Below are positions 12,381 through 25,640 of a stretch of 64,000 nucleotides of DNA, in pieces (position 1 is the stretch's first letter; the number at the start of each line of letters is the position of its first letter). The stretch comes from Aplysia californica (Eukaryota): NCBI RefSeq assembly GCF_000002075.1, contig NW_004797314.1, positions 847,864 through 911,863 on the forward strand. The letters run 5' to 3'. The notes beneath the pieces were generated by a model, which ran no database searches, was not told where the DNA came from, and saw only the letters and a list, made by a program, of their open reading frames with translations. Position numbers and translations under genes: made by a program.

Positions 12381-15300
12381 CGCTGGTGGAGTGATGAAAC
12401 CTCGTAACCCTCAATTTTTTCGAAATTCGTTTTTTGGGCTTAATGTCTTCTTCCAGTCCTTCTTCACAATGTGTCAAAAGCACTAGGTCATATTAGTAAG
12501 AGAAAGTAGGAAAAATACTTAATAAGAAAACCTCGTATGTTTGCCCCCATGATATCCTGGCGTGATGAAACCTCGCAACCCTCACCCGGTGCTCCGATCT
12601 GCTTTTGCGTGGTTTCATCACTCCCGGTTTGAAAGAGCGGCGTGCTTATACGAGGTTCTGGACAAGCCTTCTATATGAACCGGCTTAATTGAAGCGCTCA
12701 TAACTGACATTGTCTGGTGCATTTAATGTATCTGACGGAATAAAGAAATATTTCATTCCTTCATTCACCCATACATTCATTCATTCTTTTATTCATTCAC
12801 TTTATTTCAGTCAGTTCAGAAGTTCAAATATGGTCATAAATGAAGTACTTACATTGTGTAAATCTATTGAAAATCTATTCATAAGGATGACTAACTTGCT
12901 GATAATCAAGATGTTCTCATCGAGCCCAAACGTAGTTAACATTAAGTTAAGGCAACAGTCACACCTTGAAATGACAGGTGACGGTAGTCCTTACTTAGAC
13001 TAGGTGACAGATCTGTGCTCTCCAGATGTCAACAGGCCATTCTGTTTATCAAAGAGAGGGTAAGGTTTCGCATCTTCTCAGACTATGAATCCGCTGTGTA
13101 GTCGAATCCTCCAGTTGTGATTAAGGCCGAATAGTACTGAACTTGACCGTGGTCTCGGTGACTCTGAAGTCTTTAGAGGACATTGTGACTAATGTGTGCC
13201 TCAACAACACAAGTAATACGGATATTTCCGAATCTGTATTGAATATCTCCTTCTAACTGTGCTCATCACCTAGATCTTTATACCCTACAAGGGCTGGTTT
13301 GGAAACCACTGAGCAGACCACGTTCCATGAATTGACCCCACCCACCATGTCGCAGTCCTTTCCAGGGCTGCCCTGGATATGTGGAGATAAGGAAGTATCA
13401 GCTTCATCCCAGACTGAGTCTGCACCAACTATAGTGTCACCTGGAATCATACCCTAAACCACACTGACGTTTCACCAGGCAGCTGTAAGTCAGATGCTGA
13501 ATTATTACCTTCGAGGTCACAGCAACACAATCTGTAGATCATTTTCAGGCACCGTAGCCACTTTTCCTGGAGCCTGATCCCGAGAGACAGCTCATTTGTT
13601 TTCCCAGCATAAATGATGCTCCACAGAGGAAAAGAAAGGGTTTTAAGGAGTGGCAACAAATAAGCGAAAAGCTATCCGTGGATCGGGACGGGATCGGAAT
13701 ACATAACGATTCAATGAAAAGCCCAGCTAAGTTATTGAAACCAATCTGTGATTGCAAGAGCTGGACTCTGAAATATAAAGGGCTCTCTGAAGTTGATAGA
13801 CATATTCTAATTTTGATTTAGTGTGGTCCCTCTCATGGGATGACTAGTAGACCTCGGAGAAGGTACCAGAGAGGGAATACCTTCAATAAATACTTTTAAA
13901 AGGTGGCCATAAGGTGCCAGCGTGTTAAAAGGTGTTCCTGAATTGAACTGGGTTGGATGAATGATTTGTAAGAGACATTTAGAACCAATACTTATCAAAG
14001 TAACTCAGATATCTACAAAATATATGCACAAGTCTGCCAAGACCACGGGAGGCGGCCTCTCAAAAGACCCGCCCTCGATGAAGCATTCGAGCAGAATAAC
14101 GTGTCGCTGTTCCTGTCAAAGATAGATATGTACCACCTTTGCATCAGCCGTGAAGTTGACAATGTGCTGGGGGATCTTTGGAATGCTCACATTCTAGAAA
14201 AGGAGGCGGCGCGCAAAGAAAAGGAACGAGATAAATCTGAACCGATCAAATCTCTCGCCAGTAATGAACCTAAAACGGCTGTACTTTCAATGAATCTTCA
14301 GCATCAGCCTTATATTACAAAACAAAACTCGCCGTTCATAACGTTATGCTATTGGATGCTACAACACGCCAGACTACTTGTTACGTGTGTCATGAAGCAG
14401 TAGGGGGACTTATGGCAAATGAGTTTACTTCATGTCTATTGGATTTCCTGAAGGAAAAGCTGGACCTCCAGAAAACCATCATCAACAGCGACAACTGTGG
14501 TTACCAATGCAGAAATGCCACACTAGCCAATGTTTCTCTCAGCCTGTTTTCAACAACACATGGAAGCACAATTGAACAAAAACATTTTATCAAAGGACAC
14601 ACACAAATAGAAATTGACAATGAGAACTCAATTATTAACAGATCGCTTCGAAAAACACGCATCGAGGTCCTCCAAGACTACCTCCATTTCTTCAGGATGG
14701 CAAGAGCAAAACAAGAAACTTATCAAAACAAATAGTTGGATCACACATTCTTCAAGAAATATTCTAAGTGTGGAAGCTACGACAAGTCTATAAGACAAGG
14801 TAGAAAAACGGGTGATCATATTGTCACCGACATTAGGTGTTTGAAGTACACCCCAAACATGAACACCCAGTTCAAGCTGCACCTCAGTGAAGAAAGGGCT
14901 GACGTTCCGAAGGCAGGTCACAGAAACATAAGGTCCACCCTACCTCACAACTCTACACAAAACGTGTTAAGTTCCAGCACTTCAAATACAATCACCTACA
15001 TGTGCTTAAATCTGCTTTTGCCAATATGCATCGTCACTTCATGACAATTAATACCATTAACATTTATGGCTGTTCATTATGATTCAACATCTTTTATGAA
15101 AACCATCTGTAGTGCAAACAGAGACCATATTGCAGGGATTTATTATCCATTTGTGCTCTTAGTAAAACTGAAAGTAACCAGACTTAATCGTGGCAAATTA
15201 TAGTGAAACAAATTGCATTAATTGCAATCCGTTTGAGGATTCAAACATAAATTCTGCAGGTAACACACATTTATTTGACTTCAGTTGGCCGGGAATCAAA

Positions 15301-15666
15301 ATCCAAACTAATTGGTCTTGAAAAAATATCTTTATCACTTTGGGGCGTTTCAAACAACAGACGCATATTGCAACCAAAATGAGCAGAGAGAAAACTCGCA
15401 ACCCTTAAACTCTGTCCTGATGAAACCTCGCAACCCACCCGCCGGCTGACTACGAGGTTTCATCATGACAAAAATGTTGTAATGAAACCTCGCATCCCAC
15501 AGCGTAACCACATAAACAATAGAAAAACTATTTTTATGTACTAACCACGTTTCTAAGGTGTTTTCATTTATCTGAAACCGACTTTGGTTCTTATAGGTCT
15601 TTTTATTCAAGAGTAAATCAGTTTTTTGTCTCTCCTGTAAAATTTTCCTTTCTGGGGTTACGAGGT
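12381..15666 (+). mobile_element. Sola1-like DNA transposon, decayed (right end runs into N gap)
   Basis: Starts CGCTGGTGGAGTGATGAAACCTCGTAACCC after ATAT; inverted GGGTTACGAGGT at 15655-15666; subterminal GATGAAACCTCG(C/T)AACCC repeats at both ends. Confidence 0.75.
14101..15044 (+). pseudogene. Degenerate Sola1-type transposase
   Basis: Frameshifted or stopped segments with TCYVCHEAVGGLMANEFTSCL, INSDNCGYQCRN, KGHTQIEID, SIRQGRKTGDHIVTDIRCLKY. Confidence 0.75.
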
Positions 15667-15894
15667 NNNNNNNNNNNNNNNNNNNNNNNNNNNNNNNNNN
15701 NNNNNNNNNNNNNNNNNNNNNNNNNNNNNNNNNNNNNNNNNNNNNNNNNNNNNNNNNNNNNNNNNNNNNNNNNNNNNNNNNNNNNNNNNNNNNNNNNNNN
15801 NNNNNNNNNNNNNNNNNNNNNNNNNNNNNNNNNNNNNNNNNNNNNNNNNNNNNNNNNNNNNNNNNNNATTAAATTAAGACAAGCAAAGTTGTAC

Positions 15895-16030
15895 GGGGTG
15901 CCCACTACGGCTGGGATCGGCCGATAGGGCCGATCGCATGACTCGATCGCCTCAAAAACAAACGTGTTTGTTTTCAGTTTCAGGCGATCGAGTCGGGCGA
16001 TCGCCCCGATCCAGTCGTAGTGGGAACCCC
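15895..16030. mobile_element. Palindromic PIF/Harbinger-like MITE
   Basis: GGGGTGCCCACTACGGCTGG...CCAGTCGTAGTGGGAACCCC near-complete inverted repeat. Confidence 0.7.
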
Positions 16031-16351
16031 GTATTACATTAATCAAATCAGAACTTTGACTGTTTTTTTACTTTCAAATGATGGACTTGCCTTGTTCCTA
16101 AATAACTTGATTTGATTTTATAAATGTGTATTAGAATGTAGTTTGTGAATAACAAGTTGGCTTTGTCACGTATTGACCGATTTCATAGGGATATTCTGCA
16201 AATACTTTGGTGTGTCAAGGGCTAGGCCTATACATGTAGTGCTCTCTCTGAATACCCTAGCGATGTTTCCTAAACATGGACATTTCCTGTTTTTCGATTT
16301 AACCCTTCATTCATTATACCCCCTCCCCCTCTCTCTCTCTCCCTCCCTCCT

Positions 16352-16389
<38 letters not shown>

Positions 16390-16744
16390 ATCCACCCCCA
16401 CGCCCCCCCCCAATGTTCCGATGAGTTCTACAGTTGAAATTGGAAAAGATAATTATTTTCCAGGCCGAAATCCTTTTTTAGTGTCTTCGTTTTTATTGTA
16501 GATTTCGTGCTAATACATCCGGTTCATTCCATGCGTGCCGTCTACCAAGTGATGAAAAAAATTGAACCCCCTAAAAAGCAGCAGCATCAGAAAAGACAAT
16601 GAGTTAAAAATCAAAAGCTATTTTTACAAACCCCCCCCTGCAACTTCAAAACTGTTTTGAATTCGAAAGCTTCAAACATTTTCATCTCTTGTCGGTCAAT
16701 CACTATCGTCATAAAGCAGGCAAGCAGTAAATGCATGATACAAG

Positions 16745-16775
16745 ATGGCGGGTGCCTCACAGGTATCCGGAGTGG
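16745..16775 (+). CDS. UBE2V: UBE2V (Uev1/Mms2-like E2 variant) coding exon 1
   Basis: caagATGGCG start, MAGASQVSGV plus 1 nt, donor G|gtaagt; phase 1 fits exon 2. Confidence 0.85.
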
Positions 16776-18754
16776 GTAAGTGCCGGATAAATGACTTTGC
16801 TTATGAAATCCCTGCTCTTTGAGGATTTTATTTTCCGTCCAAGGGTCTTTTTAACCAACTAATCGTTGAATTTAAATCGTCCGAGAAACCAATCTTATTT
16901 CACATGTATGTAGATCTAGAATCTAGATCTAGATCCAGATAAGACAACTCTGGTATCAGTAAGAATAAGATGATCGAGTCTGCTAACTAAAAGACCGACC
17001 GAACCTGTTAATACTGTTATGAGACGGAATCGCAAGGGAGCCAGAAAAAATTCCGTTTTAGACATTTTCCGTCTTAGACAGGCGAATTTAGTGGAGAGAT
17101 GGAAAGCAGGGGGGGGGGGGCAAAGGCCCAGCCAGTGGGATCAAGCCAGGGTCGCTTGTCCGGTCGGCAAGCAATCACAACTTCACAAAGTGGTCAAAAC
17201 TTCATTCACACCTCTCACTCTCAGCTGCTATACTGTTATACTCTGATGACATGCGTCAGTATCCAAATACCACCAGTGCTTGCATTTCATAGGACCACTG
17301 TTTGACCTATTAAAACAGAAACGTTTGAACATCTCCTTTGCTTCCACCCTCAGCCCCCCCACACATCTGTGCAGTACTAAAGTACAGTCAACCAATACCA
17401 CCCCTCACTGCCATCATGTAACATAACAACGATTCGAGGAACTCTTTTCTCGGCTGTTCGTACAATCAGGGCGACAGACATTGGTCAAACTAATTTTGCA
17501 CCTCTGGCCTGTGGCTACCAATGAAAGTTTCTGTGGTGGAGCGCCACTCTAGCACTTTCACTGGTACTCGTGAGATTTCACATCCACACCACCATGACCA
17601 TCTTCATCGCTCAGGGCTCACATAGATGGGGTAACATCTAGACGGTAACATCTACCCTCAAATTGCACCCCTACTCCCCTTCCTTGCCTACTGGCAGCAT
17701 AGCATTAAAAGTTTAAAGCCGGCAGACAGAACCAAACTTGCGAGTTTTGTTTCAAATCAGGACTAAATGGGGGAAAACATTTTCTGTCCTAGATCTAGAC
17801 AGGTAACACCCTCGGAAGGGAGCGGATTTTTCTTTCCGTTTCCGCGTTGGACGATTTCCATTTTATACAGGTAATTAAAGAGGAATATATAAAGAACTCA
17901 ACTAATTAGCTGGTGTTTCTTTCTATTTTTAACTGATTCCGTCCATGATTTTTTCAGGCTCTGGACAGAATTATTTTTCCCTGTTCAGTTTTAGACCTGG
18001 GGTGCATCTATTTAATGCATTACTGTGAAGTTCTAAGTCACTCTAATAGGTATAGTCATATACCAAACTGATGGGAATAAATAGAGGAATGTGTTTATAT
18101 CAATAACAAAGACCTATAATCTGTTTGTACTGCATTTTCCTTCAGACAATTTACGAATGAGGAAAAAAAATTGTGCAACAGCTCTTCGAAAATTTCGACT
18201 TACCGCTTTTTCTCAGCTCTACAAGTCCTTATAATAATCCATAGGAATCAACACAACATTGTAGCGATATCACCCTAGCACACATTTATGCAAGAATTTC
18301 ACAAATTTAGTTGAATATTCTTTCTTTGAAGGGCCTTTTTATTATACCAGCCCCCGTGTTGTTTACCCTTAGATCTAGCCTACATCGCGACAACAAAACA
18401 ACGATTTTTGCAAGAATTTCGCGGAGTTTCGATCGATATTGGCGCTCAGAAATTGAGGTCAGGTTTGTTTACAAGTTCTACTTCCTTTCGACAATTTAAA
18501 AAGTCGGAACTATGTTAAAAAGTGCACATTTGTTTCGGATTTCGTTGAGCCGCACACAGCGGTTGAATGGACGCAGTGGAAAAACTCAGAGCCGCTGTCA
18601 GCGGCCGAATGGACGGAATCAGTTAAAAATGAATCAAGATTATTCACAGAAACTTCCTTAAAACTGTTGGTACTCTTTATTTCAATGGGATCATTGACAT
18701 TAATGTCCATGACGCTGTCATCGTAGTTATGCACAACAAAAAAATGACACTTAA

Positions 18755-19607
18755 CCCTCATCCTGCGGGAGCCGGGTTTATGTAGCCCGATAAGCCTATT
18801 TCGGCACCTCGCCTGCGTTCTGGTCCCGAGTCAGTGTAGCTCCTGGCTCAGCGCACGCGCAGCGCGCATCCTCTTACGTGTCATTCGTGTCCCGAGTCGG
18901 ATCCCCATTCACGCAGGTCAAGTGTGTGTGCGTCAGTCTGCTTGAGTTTGTGTGCGTTTGTGGCCTTCTTCTAGAACCACCTGCGTTGGTTCGTAATCGA
19001 GGCATACGTCTCATTCAAAACATGCCAAGTTGATAGCTCTAGATGTTCGTCCAATGAAATTATAGAAGAAATAGACCCACTTAGACATGAGGAGCTCGAA
19101 AGGATAGTCAGGAAACAAGACTTCCATTTTTCTATACAAAATATTTCAAATGAGCTTGATTTGGTATGGAATGATACTACCTGATAAAAAATGAGCTTGT
19201 TTAATAGTTTTGAATGCCCTTGTGCAGGTTCAAAGAACAATTTGAGTGTAAAACATTCGGAAATTGACCTAAATTATCCCTTTTCGAACCTCACGTCATT
19301 CATAACAATAAGAGCGTCCAGAAAGGTTATTCAAATGGGCGTAACTACTCGTAATATCTTATCAGCTTGTGAGAGGGGGTTATTCATGTGTTTGTAACAC
19401 TTTATAAAGAAAGCTATGAAGGATAGAGCGTTATTTTCATCATCAGTTAACACACTCCCGCGGTATTCAAGGCGAAAACACACGTTTTCCGGCGCGCGCG
19501 CTGTACACCAACAGTACACACTGAGTGACCTCGGCGGCCTGCCCGGCGAGTCCGACGTAATCGGTTGCTGATAAGATACGCATCTGGGCACAGACGCAGG
19601 ATAAGAG
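18755..19607. mobile_element. TTAA-flanked piggyBac-like MITE
   Basis: ttaa|CCCTCATCCTGCG ... CGCAGGATAAGAG|ttaa. Confidence 0.7.
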
Positions 19608-21652
19608 TTAAAAGATAATTCTTAGTTAGATTCGATTATCTTAATATGTCAGTATGCCACTTAATATCAGACATCGTACATATATTGATCAACCACAATG
19701 TTGCTACTTAAAAAAGAAAACTTTTTTGACCAGGCTGTCCGGCATGCATAAACTGATGACGCGTTACATCAAGTATCATACAATCGGATGAGAATTTTTA
19801 ATTTGTTTTTTAAAGGCTTGAAACTGAACTGAAAAGTGGTAGAAATACCAGTTTGAAACAGTTGTGTGATTTAAAGTATCACTAGATCTAGTGGAGATTT
19901 TTTATCATCATAGTTGTAGGTAGATATCACAAACTGAAATTTCAAAGTCCTCTGATTTCATAGTTAACTGCACCACCTTATAGAATGTATTATTCTGAGC
20001 ATTTTGATACCGAATTTATACATCTTCTTTTTTAACAAAGTTATGAGCATCTGAAGTTGCAGAAATGCTATATTTTTAAAAATTGCGAAATGACTGCACT
20101 TTGAGATGTCACAATTCTTAAATTTGAATGGACATTCACAAAAACTTGTAAACATACACCCATGAACAGAGAGAACAAGCCCAATTTTTTTCAGGGCTAT
20201 CAAATAATCAGAAGATGGAAATTAATTGCCGTAAACATGGCTTTTTTACCAAAATGGCAAGAAATACAAGGAGAACTTAAAATCGCCACTCGGGACCACT
20301 GGCTTTTCGGCCTCACTCCGGGCCTCGCTGGCGGGAAGGAGAAAGAATTGATATGTAACCGGGGCGATGGCGCCCTGCTTGCGAGCCGATGGGGAGTGTC
20401 CGGTATTTATTTGCGTATAATGGCTGTCTTATTCTTGAAGAGGAATGAATGGGCTTTCTGCCGATATATTTGCGTAGTCAGTCCGATCACTGGTTCCATA
20501 AAAAAACATCGAAAGTTTCACAAGCTAATCTCTTCTATTAATTCTTTATGGAAGTCTTTAGAAATATATCACCAGAAAGAGCGTTTTGTCATCTTGAACT
20601 ATCGACGAATCAAATTGCAGTATATAATACCATACGCTTCCCGTTTCTGTTCAACCGAGGTCACTCTAAAAATCAATACACAAAACGCGCGGCCGCTGCA
20701 GTGAAAACCTCGATCGTGTTGTCTTTTATCCCACAAGATTTTGCTTTCAAAAGAATCGTTGATTCAAATAAATAATACCACTAAAAAGAGAAAAGTCTCC
20801 TCTTTCTTCTGATATATCAAGTGTCTGTGTGTATGCTTGATCACACAAGTGTTTTAGGAGGGTAAAAATATCGGTTTTGGTCTCCATGACAGTGCGCCAC
20901 GGGGGCGCAAGGCCAGTTTGCGGTACCTTATAGTTATGCACATCGGAATCCCAAAGTGACCATCAAACATCCAAATTTCTCACAAAATAATAATTTTGCT
21001 GCTCTATTTGTTAGTTATTATGAAACTAACACCGATTACCTAAACATTCATGGTGTTGAACCTGAAAGGAAGTATTTTATAATTTTTGACCTCTGTGACA
21101 TGTTTAGGGGTTGTAGGTTCTGGCACAGGCTCTAAAATGACACTGCTGAAACGGTTCCAACTTCAACGAAAGTGGTAAGAGTAGATTCCGCTAACTTCGC
21201 CACTCTCAGTTGGCTCGCGATGAAACAAGCCTACACCCCTCTCTATGCTCAACGTACATGACCGTCTGCAACTTTTCGTAGCCAATGAAAATGCAGATAG
21301 TCCACTGATTGGTTTGCTTGCTAGTCGTACTTCATCTGCTTCATTCTTTTTTCAAGTGGATGTGGTGACAAGGAACTTGGCCACAGAGCAGCTTTGTCCA
21401 CCTTTAAAAGCTTCAACAGCTTTCTCCAAATCACTTTAAGTATACTTGTTATTGATTCCCTTGCTTGTTTTCCCTATTATAAAAAATGGTACATGTAGGT
21501 TTAATAACAAAAATTGGAAGATCAATAGACCTGTGTGACACTATGTGGCGAAGTTCCGCGACAAGAGTGGCTAATTTCCCAGACAAACTGTAGATTTGCC
21601 TTATGTTTTCTGCGTATTTAGTTAGTTATCTTGTTATTTTGTGTGTCTGCAG

Positions 21653-21795
21653 TGGTTCCCAGGAACTTTACCTTACTAGATGAATTAGAGGCTGGACAGA
21701 AAGGTGTTGGAGATGGGACAATCAGTTGGGGTCTTGTTGATGATGGCGACATGACTATGACAGACTGGCAGTGTGTAATCATTGGTCCTCCTAAG
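21653..21795 (+). CDS. UBE2V: UBE2V coding exon 2
   Basis: tgcag acceptor; [48 protein letters not shown] is the UBE2V signature; donor gtttgt. Confidence 0.97.
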
Positions 21796-22769
21796 GTTTG
21801 TAGCTTAGAGATGACTTTGGTTGAATTTGTTTTGATTAAAACTGTCTGCTTGTGTCAATAATTGTTATTGTTTTACTTAAAATTTAAAAGCCCTAAATTT
21901 TAACATTTTTGAGAAGGGTAGGCACTTGTCTGGTTCATAAATATTTATGATAATGATATACCTTACAGTCTTTTAAAGAATTAGATAAGAATTTACTCAT
22001 TTTAGTTGCATTTTGCATATTTGAAGGAACAATGAGAATCTGCTCTCCTAAATTTCAAGTTATCATTGGGCATGTTTTTAAAAAAAAGTAGATTTAACAA
22101 CCATTTAGAACTAGAACAACTGGAAATCTGATACCTTCACTAGTTTTTAACTTTTCCCCCACCTTTTTGAAAACTTTAATGAGACTACTGGTCTTTTGTT
22201 TTCTACAGAAATATTAGTGAGCATGTATTCTTTTTCCCTTTTCAAGTCCTGTACTATCTTTTTATTAATAAAGTTTTACGCATCATCTTCAAAACAGATA
22301 AAAATTTGATTGGGCAAACTTTCTATGCTGTTACTAGTGGATTTTGTTCTCGTTTTGCTTGATGAGGCTGGATGAATTTCCTTTTTTCTGAGTTATCAGC
22401 TGTGTCTTTTGGTTGCCACAGAAGGCAGCTCTATCTTGTTTTCAGAGTTTGAAAAAAATATAACCCAGGGGAAAACACAAATTCTTTTGCAATGTTAAGG
22501 GGCTCCCAGTGCAAGTTGCTGTTTCAATATAATATAAGTGTTGACAAGATGTAAGACTGTTCTGGCGCGTTTTTTTGTGTGCTTTGTTGTGTGAATTTTG
22601 AGTGAAAAATTTTTGTTTAAAAACTTTTAAACGTTTTGTCAGTTATTTTTCTCCGTTTAAAAGGGTTAAGGAATTGTTCTGTAAAGTTGTTTACATTGTA
22701 CCCTGACTGGGCTCTGTCTCATTCTTCTTAATACTTCCTCGTTGGTGATCCAGTCTGTCCATCTGTTTC

Positions 22770-22993
22770 TAATCCTTACTATAGTCATTTTTCCTCTACT
22801 TCTTTTGTAAGTTTGTCACACTCTTGTGACCCGCTCTTTCCGGGGTGCCTTAATAGTGGAAGCAGACTTTGTTTTGTTGAAGCTAGAGAGGTGAGCACAG
22901 TAAGCCTGATTCCCTGTACGGACTTCTCCGTTGACATCCGCCCCTTGATGCTCGTATGACCTTATGCAGTTGCGAGCGCCGTTAAAACTCTAC
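22770..22993 (+). mobile_element. Longer variant of the stem-loop-tailed retroposon (probable LINE 3' UTR)
   Basis: Homologous to 50630-50860 and ends in the same stem-loop tail. Confidence 0.7.
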
Positions 22994-23408
22994 TTAAAAG
23001 TAAAACACAGTGTAACTGGAAAAAATAGATTCTTGAGTCCTTTTTTTGTTGTTCGGAGAGCTTTGCCGATGTCGCTCAGTGAGCGCTGTAAATACAACTG
23101 GGTATGGATAACATGAACATGTAAATTCGAAAACAAGTATAGCTTGTACACTTTGCAATTCTCTGACTGATACCTCTTGATTAATTTTGTGTTATTGGTT
23201 AATCTGAAGTGTGGATGTATCAAACATATTTGTCAACCCCCGACATGTTTTGAGTTATCTATTCCCGACTGTTGTAACTGATTTGTATAAAAGTACTATT
23301 TGCTCATTTTTTATTCCTTAGAAAAATTTTCAAGACACCACTTTTTCAGTTAGATTATAAAGGTATCGATTTGCTTTTAAAATGAAAATTGTCATTGCAT
23401 TTCCCCAG

Positions 23409-23534
23409 ACAAGCTTTGAGAACAGAATGTACCAGCTGCGAGTGCGATGCGGAGAGTTATATCCTCAGAAAGCTCCTGAAGTCAGATTTATCACACGCAT
23501 CAATATGACGTATGTCAGCAAAGAGTCAGGAGTT
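23409..23534 (+). CDS. UBE2V: UBE2V coding exon 3
   Basis: cccag acceptor; TSFENRMYQLRVRCGELYPQKAPEVRFITRINMTYVSKESGV, lacking the HPN motif and catalytic Cys as expected for a UEV; donor gtaagt. Confidence 0.97.
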
Positions 23535-23969
23535 GTAAGTTTTTCACTGTGCATTGGCTCAGTTTTCTTTCCTTGTTACCCCTCTGTGGCCTATCAAGGT
23601 TTTTCAGTTAAGTTTTATTTGGTTTGGTGTGTATGTTATTATGAAGGCGGCGATTGGGGAATGCTGTTTCTTTTTTGTCAAGAACAATGGTAGATTCTTG
23701 ACAATTGTGAAAACAACTCTCAACAACAAAGTACTTCCTTTAAAACAAAAGTAAAAAGGCGATAAAGGCCTGAACCAAAAGTCAGTTTCCTACTTTTTTT
23801 CAGTGTCTATAACTATAATATACGGAAGAAAGTGTCATGTAGGCTTGGTCCTCTTTTGCCTAGGGTTATTGTACCCCCTGACTTGGGGCCGCTGGATTGG
23901 TTGGCACACGACAACTTGGGAGAGGGGTCCAACAGCTGATTATCAGCTGTCTGATAGTTGGAGGGTTAA

Positions 23970-24241
23970 CTCTTTAAACCCCATTGGACGTTGGGAGCGT
24001 CGTCCAGCTGTAATAGCCCTGTTCCCTATTGGATACTGGAAGCGTCTGATACTAGTGACAATTTCTTGTTTTTTAAAAACTATTCCGGATTCAAGTTTTT
24101 TAGTAATGAATTAAACTTTGTTTCTGCCGTTTAGAAGTTGGAGGCAAGCTTTTGGGGTTATAATGAGACATAGTGCAGCAAGTTTAGGTGACTGTGGAAA
24201 AAACTCAGGGAAACGGTGAAAAAAACTCAGGGTTTTAAGAG
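23970..24241. mobile_element. TTAA-flanked piggyBac-like MITE, copy 1
   Basis: ttaa|CTCTTTAAACCC...GGGTTTTAAGAG|ttaa; homologous to 45592-45863. Confidence 0.8.
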
Positions 24242-24824
24242 TTAAAAAGCTGGATCAGAGAAAAGGAAATTTGAAATGATTTCTTTGTTGTAAACTTTTC
24301 CTGTATGTGTAACTGTAACAGAGTACCCTTTCTAAAGTCTTTTAACATTTCTCATACAAGTTTTTTGTGTTGTTTTTAAAAAAAATTTCAGTGGCATGTT
24401 CTCAAATTTGATGACTACATTATTTAGAACTTTTATTTCTTGCTTCATTTTGTGAATAATACTCAAAATTTTAAAAAGGGCTAGGTGCCCGAAAAATAGT
24501 AAAATAATTATAGTTAGAAAATCTATAACATTAACATGTCTGGTTGAAATTCCTTTATTATTTTATCTTGAGCAAACAGGAAAATGAGAGTGGTGGTTTA
24601 TTTTCACTGAGTGTTAGTAAGAATGCCAAACCATAGTGTTGTTTAATGAACTGCAATAAATTTGTTGTGTGTGTTTCTTAGGAAGAAAAATAACTTGATG
24701 ATTGTGTTTTTGGTAAAAGCGAACAAAGAAAGTCATGATTGCTTGTAGTTGTCCCCAAAGCTATAGAGTAGAATTTTTGTTTGGTTTATTCTTCATCCTC
24801 TTTTGTTTTTTTTATCTTGAACAG

Positions 24825-24959
24825 GTTGATCCCAAGAAAGTAGACAGCATATGGCATCAAAAAAATTGTAGTATAAAATCCTTGTTACAGCACTTGAGAG
24901 AGATGATGATGATGAAAGAAAACCGCCTAGGCCAGCCAGCTGAGGGAACTAACTTTTAG
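24825..24959 (+). CDS. UBE2V: UBE2V coding exon 4 (to stop)
   Basis: aacag acceptor; VDPKKVDSIWHQKNCSIKSLLQHLREMMMMKENRLGQPAEGTNF*; spliced CDS is 435 nt. Confidence 0.95.
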   Translation, partial: VDPKKVDSIWHQKNCSIKSLLQHLREMMMMKENRLGQPAEGTNF

Positions 24960-25130
24960 GCAGTCATTTAGCTTATCCTTTAATTATTTTAAGGTGAGTC
25001 ATTAAGTAGATGCGAGTTTTGGGGAAATGTGTTTGTTTGCATTGATGAAATGTGAAGATACAGATTTTTAGAGAAGATATCCTTTTTGCACTCAGCCAGT
25101 GGTTACCATGGTATCAGATATATATATATA

Positions 25131-25565
25131 TGTGAGGCAGCGTGGTGGAATCAGGCTCTCGTCAAAATAATCAAAATGAAGAAACTTGCATTTTTCCTCA
25201 GGTTTGTGAATTTTAATCAAATTTTTGTTTTTGACACAACACCTTTCATGCCCATTAAAGAACTAATTTCTGTGTGGATTTTTCTGAAACGCGTTGATTA
25301 AAGGCATAACAAATGTAAATCTTCAGTTACCACGGACTCTTAAGCTAACGAAATAACTAATCTTTGGCGGCCATTTTCTCACAAATTTTGCCTCTGAAAA
25401 CAGGTGACCCCACCTCCTGCTTTTGCAAATATCTCGACTTGTATTGAAGATAAATGGATATTATTTGCATCCAAATAAAGACAAGTGAACAAGCTTTAAG
25501 ATGATACCAATAACTCTACATGCCCAAAAATTGACGAGAGCCTGATTCCACCTCGCTGCCTCACA
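25131..25565. mobile_element. MITE inserted in (TA)n
   Basis: About 35-bp TIR TGTGAGGCAGCGTGGTGGAATCAGGCTCTCGTCAA; related pieces at about 35640-35848 and 56150-56330. Confidence 0.8.
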
Positions 25566-25640
25566 CATATATATATATATGTTACTTTCCAAAGTTTTTA
25601 AGGATGCTATTTATTAACAAAAATTTTTTTTTGTGAAGCA

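Noticed and set aside
20162-20704. 180-aa ORF in UBE2V intron 1
   Set aside because: No recognisable motif; overlaps repeat-like sequence
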